This document shows, in pieces, positions 17,710 to 22,130 of a DNA stretch of 22,130 nt; position 1 is the first letter of the stretch; each line of letters opens with the position of its first letter. The position numbers and the translations under genes are program-made. This DNA comes from Candidatus Heimdallarchaeota archaeon (GTDB taxonomy: Archaea > Asgardarchaeota > Heimdallarchaeia > Heimdallarchaeales > Heimdallarchaeaceae). The notes under the pieces are model-generated. The model searched no databases, was not told the origin of the DNA, and saw only the letters and a list, made by a program, of their open reading frames with translations. The DNA is taken from assembly GCA_030668825.1 (NCBI GenBank), contig DAOVET010000038.1:1-22130 (forward strand). Reading direction: 5' to 3'.

Positions 17710-18657
17710 ATGAGTAAAAAACCAGATAAATCATCACAAAGAGACGAAGAAGAAGACATGGAATGCCCTGAGTGCGGAAGTATAGATGTTATTCTGGATG
17801 AGACTAGAGGAGAGCATATTTGCAGAAATTGTGGAACAGTTGTCGAGGAAAAGCTAATTGATGACGGTCCTGAATGGAGAGCCTTTACTGCTGAAGAACG
17901 ATCTAAGCGCAGTAGAGTAGGATCCCCTACCACAATTACAATTCACGACAAAGGCCTTAGTACACAAATTGGATGGGAAGATCGCGATGTTTACGGTAAG
18001 AAGCTTTCACCCAAACGAAGAGCTCAGATTTACCGTCTTAGAAAATGGCAGATAAGAACAAGAGTTCACAGTTCTATTGACAGAAATCTTGCTTATGCTA
18101 TGTCTGAGTTAGACCGTTTATCTTCACAACTAGGTATTCCACGAAGTGTGAACGAAACCGCTGCCAATATTTATCGAAAAGCCATCGAAAAAAGGTTAAT
18201 CCGTGGTCGTTCCATTGAGGCAATGATTGGCGCAACTGCATATGCAGGAGCTCGTATTCGTCGTGTTCCACGAACACTAGATGAAATAGCTCGTCATTCA
18301 AGAATTTCTAAAAAAGAACTTGGACGATGCTATCGATTAATAATTCGAGAATTAAACATTAAAATTCCACTAGCTAATCCTACTGACTATATTGTTCGTT
18401 TTGCAGCAGAACTGAGATTAAGTGGTAGAACTGCACGTAAAGCTATTGAACTACTTAACAGAGCAAAAGAACATAATTTGACAGCTGGTAAAGATCCAAC
18501 AGGTCTAGCCGCAGCTTCAATTTATATCGCTGGAATTACTGAAGGAGAGAGAAGAACTCAGAGAGAAATCGCTGAGACTGCAACAGTCACAGAAGTTACA
18601 GTACGTAATCGATACAAAGAGTTAGTACGAAAACTCAAAATCGAAGTTACTATTTAA
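17710..18657 (+). CDS. tfb: Transcription initiation factor IIB
   Basis: Zn ribbon CPECG...CRNCG, GPEWRAF B-reader, HDKGLST, two cyclin repeats, TEVTVRNRYKEL. Confidence 0.98.
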   Translation: MSKKPDKSSQRDEEEDMECPECGSIDVILDETRGEHICRNCGTVVEEKLIDDGPEWRAFTAEERSKRSRVGSPTTITIHDKGLSTQIGWEDRDVYGKKLSPKRRAQIYRLRKWQIRTRVHSSIDRNLAYAMSELDRLSSQLGIPRSVNETAANIYRKAIEKRLIRGRSIEAMIGATAYAGARIRRVPRTLDEIARHSRISKKELGRCYRLIIRELNIKIPLANPTDYIVRFAAELRLSGRTARKAIELLNRAKEHNLTAGKDPTGLAAASIYIAGITEGERRTQREIAETATVTEVTVRNRYKELVRKLKIEVTI

Positions 18658-18686
18658 CTTCCTCTTCATTTTTCTTTTATTTTTCA
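18658..18686 (+). terminator. Oligo-T terminator after tfb
   Basis: Pyrimidine and T-runs directly after the TAA. Confidence 0.55.
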
Positions 18687-18693
18687 AATTTAG

Positions 18694-19932
18694 CTATATA
18701 GTCTTTGTAGACTTTATTTTCACTTGCGTAGATAGATAACTCCAAGATACTCCTGTTATTAATAAACAGATAATTGAGAGAATTTGAAGGGAAGGAAAAT
18801 ACTCTATGGGATTTCCTCCCAACTGAAAAACAAATTCAATTATTTCGAAAATTGGATAAAGTAATGAAAACATAAGCAGTATCCATTTTACTTTTTTATG
18901 TAAATCAGTATGTAAGAAAGTTATAACTACTATCAATCCAAATAAAAGGATATTTGGTATATATGATAAAGACATGGTCAAATTGAAATATCCCCAGGTT
19001 ATAGAATACTGAATAATGAAAATGAGCTGCCAGAAAAATAAAGCAATAATTATCAATGTAAATCCAACTGATATATACTTCAGCGTTCTCATCCATTTTT
19101 TACTGTATTTTATAGTTAGAAGGGTTAAGGAAAACAGAAGTAATATCATAGATATGAATACCAATTCTATTCCATATTCAAAAATGTCAGACCCTAGCCA
19201 AGGAGGTGTTAGGAAATCAAGCCAAATGAGAATTTTAGCAATTCCCAAAACTATAATCATTGATGACAAGAAAGTTAGAGCATTAGTTTTCAATTCTCCA
19301 AAACTTGTTACAATATACAGGATACAGAAGATAAAAACAAGAGCTGATGATTCAATAATTATCATCAAAAACTGAAACTCTATGTAGAATGATAGAGTTC
19401 CCAAGTAGAATGATAGAATTCGCAAAATGATATAGGGTATTATTATTGCAGAGATAACTATTTTCTTAATCATTCTATATTTTTCTAAAACCAAAAAGAT
19501 CAATGTAATAAGTAGAATACATGATGCTACTACTGCTATGGTGGCAAATGTTTCATAACCAAATGAAAAGATGAAATTTGATAATTCCCTAATGACTAAA
19601 ATGTCTCCAAAAATTGCCAGTATAGAATAAGCTGCGTTAACTAATATCATCGCTAAACTAATTATTTGTATTATTCTTTTTTCTTTCACATCATCAGATT
19701 TCATAGCTTGCACGAAGAAAAAAGATCCTAAGAGAACAAACAGAATTGGAAAAAATGCTTCCTTGAAAATAGTATAAAAAATAACCATTCCAATAAGTGT
19801 CCAAAAACCAATAGATTCATATATTACAAATATGTTGATAATTATTCCATAAACAGATTTAACTATGAAAGCACTAATAGCTGCAAATAGCAGAATTTGT
19901 AAAATAGACATAGAAACATTATATTTTCTCAT
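18694..19932 (-). CDS. Hypothetical polytopic membrane protein (about 12 TM helices)
   Basis: 412 aa, almost entirely hydrophobic segments with short loops; no transporter motif recognised. Confidence 0.75.
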   Translation of the reverse strand: MRKYNVSMSILQILLFAAISAFIVKSVYGIIINIFVIYESIGFWTLIGMVIFYTIFKEAFFPILFVLLGSFFFVQAMKSDDVKEKRIIQIISLAMILVNAAYSILAIFGDILVIRELSNFIFSFGYETFATIAVVASCILLITLIFLVLEKYRMIKKIVISAIIIPYIILRILSFYLGTLSFYIEFQFLMIIIESSALVFIFCILYIVTSFGELKTNALTFLSSMIIVLGIAKILIWLDFLTPPWLGSDIFEYGIELVFISMILLLFSLTLLTIKYSKKWMRTLKYISVGFTLIIIALFFWQLIFIIQYSITWGYFNLTMSLSYIPNILLFGLIVVITFLHTDLHKKVKWILLMFSLLYPIFEIIEFVFQLGGNPIEYFPSLQILSIICLLITGVSWSYLSTQVKIKSTKTI

Positions 19933-20042
19933 CTGAATCTCAGGAAACTCTCTCTTACAACTAAGTTAAAGCTAAATATAACCTTTTTTCACTTTTTCCA
20001 AAGATTTAATAATCTATTTTCTTTTGAGGGCTTTAGATACTA

Positions 20043-21572
20043 ATGACTGAAGAAAGATTGATGGATAAAATCATAGATGTTTGCAAAAGAAGAGGATTTG
20101 TTAGCCCTACAGCTGAAATATATGGTGGAGCTGGAGGATTCTTTGATTATGGTCCATTAGGCACATTAATGCGTCAGAAAATAATTGAGCTTTGGAGGCA
20201 AAGCTTTGTTTTAGATGAAGACAAAGTCTTCGAAATTTCAGGATCAACTCTCTTACCTGAATCTGTTTTTCAAGCATCAGGTCATCTTGAATCTTTTGAT
20301 GATCCCTTAATTCAATGTGCTAAATGCAATTCAATGTATAGAGCTGACGATATCATAAAAAGGAATACTGGCGAATCTGCTGAAGGATTACCTATTGCAG
20401 AATTGGATAGGAAAATCAAAGAAAATGAGATTAAATGTCCTAACTGCCAAGGAGAATTAGGTAATATAAGACAATTCAATCTAATGTTTAAGACTGAAAT
20501 AGGTTCTACTGGTGGAGTTAAAGGTTATTTGCGACCCGAAACAGCTCAAAATATTTTCATTAATTTCAAACAATTAGCTGGTTTCATGAGGAATAAACTC
20601 CCCTTTGGTATAGCTCAGTTTGGATCTTCCTTCAGAAACGAAATCTCACCTAGAAGCTTCCTTATTCGAGGAAGAGAATTCGAACAAATGGAAATAGAAA
20701 TGTTTTACGACCCAGAAAGAGAAAATGAGCATCCACGATGGGAAGAAGTAGCTGATATAGAAATAAATATTGTCACACGAGATATGCAAGAAAAAGGATG
20801 GGAAAAACCTTTGACCATGACAGCTGAAGAAGCTGTTAATAAAAAACATGTACCTAATCAATACTTGGCTTATTATCTAGCATTAGAAACTGAAATGCTA
20901 CTAGTTTTAGGAGTAAAAGCTGAAGATTTCTGGTTCAGACACATGCAAGATCATGAAGCTCCTCATTATTCAGCAGGAAATTACGATCTTGAAGTAAATC
21001 TTTCAATTGGTCATATGGAAATAGTTGGGAATGCACTCAGAACAGATTATGATTTACAAAAACATGCTAAAGCTTCAAAATCGAATTATGAGATAGTTGT
21101 GGATGAGAAAAAGATTCTTCCTCATGTTTGTGAACCTTCATTGGGAGTGGGAAGGATATTATATACTGTTCTAGAAAAATGTTACAGAGAAGATGATAGA
21201 GGTTGGACATGGTTCCAGTTTCCTCCAGCTGTCGCACCTTTAGAGGTAGCTGTTTTTCCACTTATGAAGAAGGATGGACTTGCTGAATTGGCTCATGATG
21301 TTCACACTGAACTAAAAGAAGCAGGATACTTATCATTCTATGATGAAAGTGGTAAAATCGGTAAGCGATATGCTAGAGCTGATGAGGTTGGAATACCATT
21401 CTGTGTTACAATAGACTATGATTCACTCAAAGAGTATTCTGTTACAATAAGAGATAGAGATACTATGGAACAAATCAAACTACCTTTAGAAGATTTAGAA
21501 GTTGCTCTTGGAGAATTGATGGAAGGAGATTCAGATTTCCAAGAATTCATTGATTTCGCAAATGAAAAATAG
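20043..21572 (+). CDS. glyS: Glycine--tRNA ligase, alpha2 (archaeal/eukaryotic) type
   Basis: FFDYGPLG, LRPETAQ, FRNEISPR...REFEQMEIE, EPSLGVGR, anticodon domain GKIGKRYARADEVGIPF; Zn insert CAKC/CPNC. Confidence 0.97.
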   Translation: MTEERLMDKIIDVCKRRGFVSPTAEIYGGAGGFFDYGPLGTLMRQKIIELWRQSFVLDEDKVFEISGSTLLPESVFQASGHLESFDDPLIQCAKCNSMYRADDIIKRNTGESAEGLPIAELDRKIKENEIKCPNCQGELGNIRQFNLMFKTEIGSTGGVKGYLRPETAQNIFINFKQLAGFMRNKLPFGIAQFGSSFRNEISPRSFLIRGREFEQMEIEMFYDPERENEHPRWEEVADIEINIVTRDMQEKGWEKPLTMTAEEAVNKKHVPNQYLAYYLALETEMLLVLGVKAEDFWFRHMQDHEAPHYSAGNYDLEVNLSIGHMEIVGNALRTDYDLQKHAKASKSNYEIVVDEKKILPHVCEPSLGVGRILYTVLEKCYREDDRGWTWFQFPPAVAPLEVAVFPLMKKDGLAELAHDVHTELKEAGYLSFYDESGKIGKRYARADEVGIPFCVTIDYDSLKEYSVTIRDRDTMEQIKLPLEDLEVALGELMEGDSDFQEFIDFANEK

Positions 21573-21615
21573 TACGAACAGAAAAGATTAAGAATAATCT
21601 AAGGAAGTGAAAACG

Positions 21616-21762
21616 ATGACTAAATATATTTGCCAAAGATGTAAGAATGAGATAACACCTAGTGAACTAAGATTATTACCTGGTGTTAAATGTCCTAAAT
21701 GTTCAAATCGAATTTTAACAAAACAACGTTCCCTTATTGCAAAACCAGTAAAAGCTAGATAA
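21616..21762 (+). CDS. rpoP: RNA polymerase subunit Rpo12 (RpoP, RPB12 homologue), 48 aa
   Basis: Manual translation MTKYICQRCKNEITPSELRLLPGVKCPKCSNRILTKQRSLIAKPVKAR*; SD GGAAGTGA; absent from the ORF track. Confidence 0.93.
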   Translation: MTKYICQRCKNEITPSELRLLPGVKCPKCSNRILTKQRSLIAKPVKAR

Positions 21763-21764
21763 GA

Positions 21765-21786
21765 CTCTTCTTGTTTTTATTTTTAT
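21765..21786 (+). terminator. Oligo-T terminator after rpoP
   Basis: CTCTTCTTGTTTTTATTTTTAT after the stop codon. Confidence 0.5.
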
Positions 21787-21835
21787 CAATTTTGTTTCAT
21801 CAAAACGTTGATGTTAACCCTTTTCTGAATCATTC

Positions 21836-22129
21836 TTAGAAAGGAATTGCAGCTATAAAAATACCATAAATAAGACCAGATAGAGCTGCTGCAACAGGGA
21901 AAGTTATGATCCAACTTATAACCATCTTTCTGAATGATTTTTTATCTGGACGTTCTCCTTTAACCATTCCTGCTCCTATAATAGCGAAAATAAGCACATG
22001 ACTCCCAGAGATAGGAAATCCAAAAATAGTTGCTAGAAAAATAACACTACTAGTTGCAAGCTCAATACTAAAAGCATCAGAAGGTTTTATTGCTATTAAA
22101 TTGTTACCAACATTTTTGATTACGTTTCT
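21836..22129 (-). CDS. PiT-family inorganic phosphate transporter, 3' fragment (runs off the window)
   Basis: Manual translation ...VIKNVGNNL...GFPISGSHVLIFAIIGAG...SWIITFPVAAALS...AIPF*. Confidence 0.85.
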   Translation of the reverse strand, partial: RNVIKNVGNNLIAIKPSDAFSIELATSSVIFLATIFGFPISGSHVLIFAIIGAGMVKGERPDKKSFRKMVISWIITFPVAAALSGLIYGIFIAAIPF

Positions 22130-22130
22130 T

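Noticed and set aside
659-21261. Short antisense or nested ORFs in the track (e.g. 659-877, 3438-3857, 7727-8083, 9624-9950, 11163-11408, 17658-17933, 19016-19375, 20646-20861)
   Set aside because: They are shadows of well-supported genes and carry no recognisable motifs.

Overview
AT-rich archaeal chromosomal window (tfb, rpoP/Rpo12, alpha2-type GlyRS, BRE/TATA promoters, oligo-T terminators). A longin/wHTH protein and a CTERM-anchored LVIVD surface protein suggest an Asgard, possibly Heimdallarchaeia-like, genome (inference). Gene order: a 284-aa orphan, a porGDAB-type 2-oxoacid:ferredoxin oxidoreductase operon, an HD nucleotidase, an NPRL2-like longin/wHTH protein, a divergent methyltransferase, an NfeD/YqiJ-like plus flotillin pair, a class II CCA-type nucleotidyltransferase, sdhAB/frdAB without anchor genes, a 14-repeat LVIVD protein, small orphans, tfb, a polytopic membrane protein, glyS, rpoP and a partial PiT transporter. 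The most notable candidates are: (1) the orphan at 267-1121, which by eye resembles kinetochore CENP-N/Chl4 along its length; (2) the NPRL2 (GATOR1)-like protein, which seems to lack the arginine finger; (3) a TGA at codon 3 of flotillin that hides its N-terminal TM anchor; (4) a 12-unit DHD[IV]Sx hexapeptide array; (5) a dihydrolipoamide dehydrogenase-like remnant behind sdhB; (6) a long, apparently structured tfb leader. All homologies are by-eye comparisons with remembered sequences; no searches were run. No tRNA, rRNA, CRISPR array or transposase was seen.
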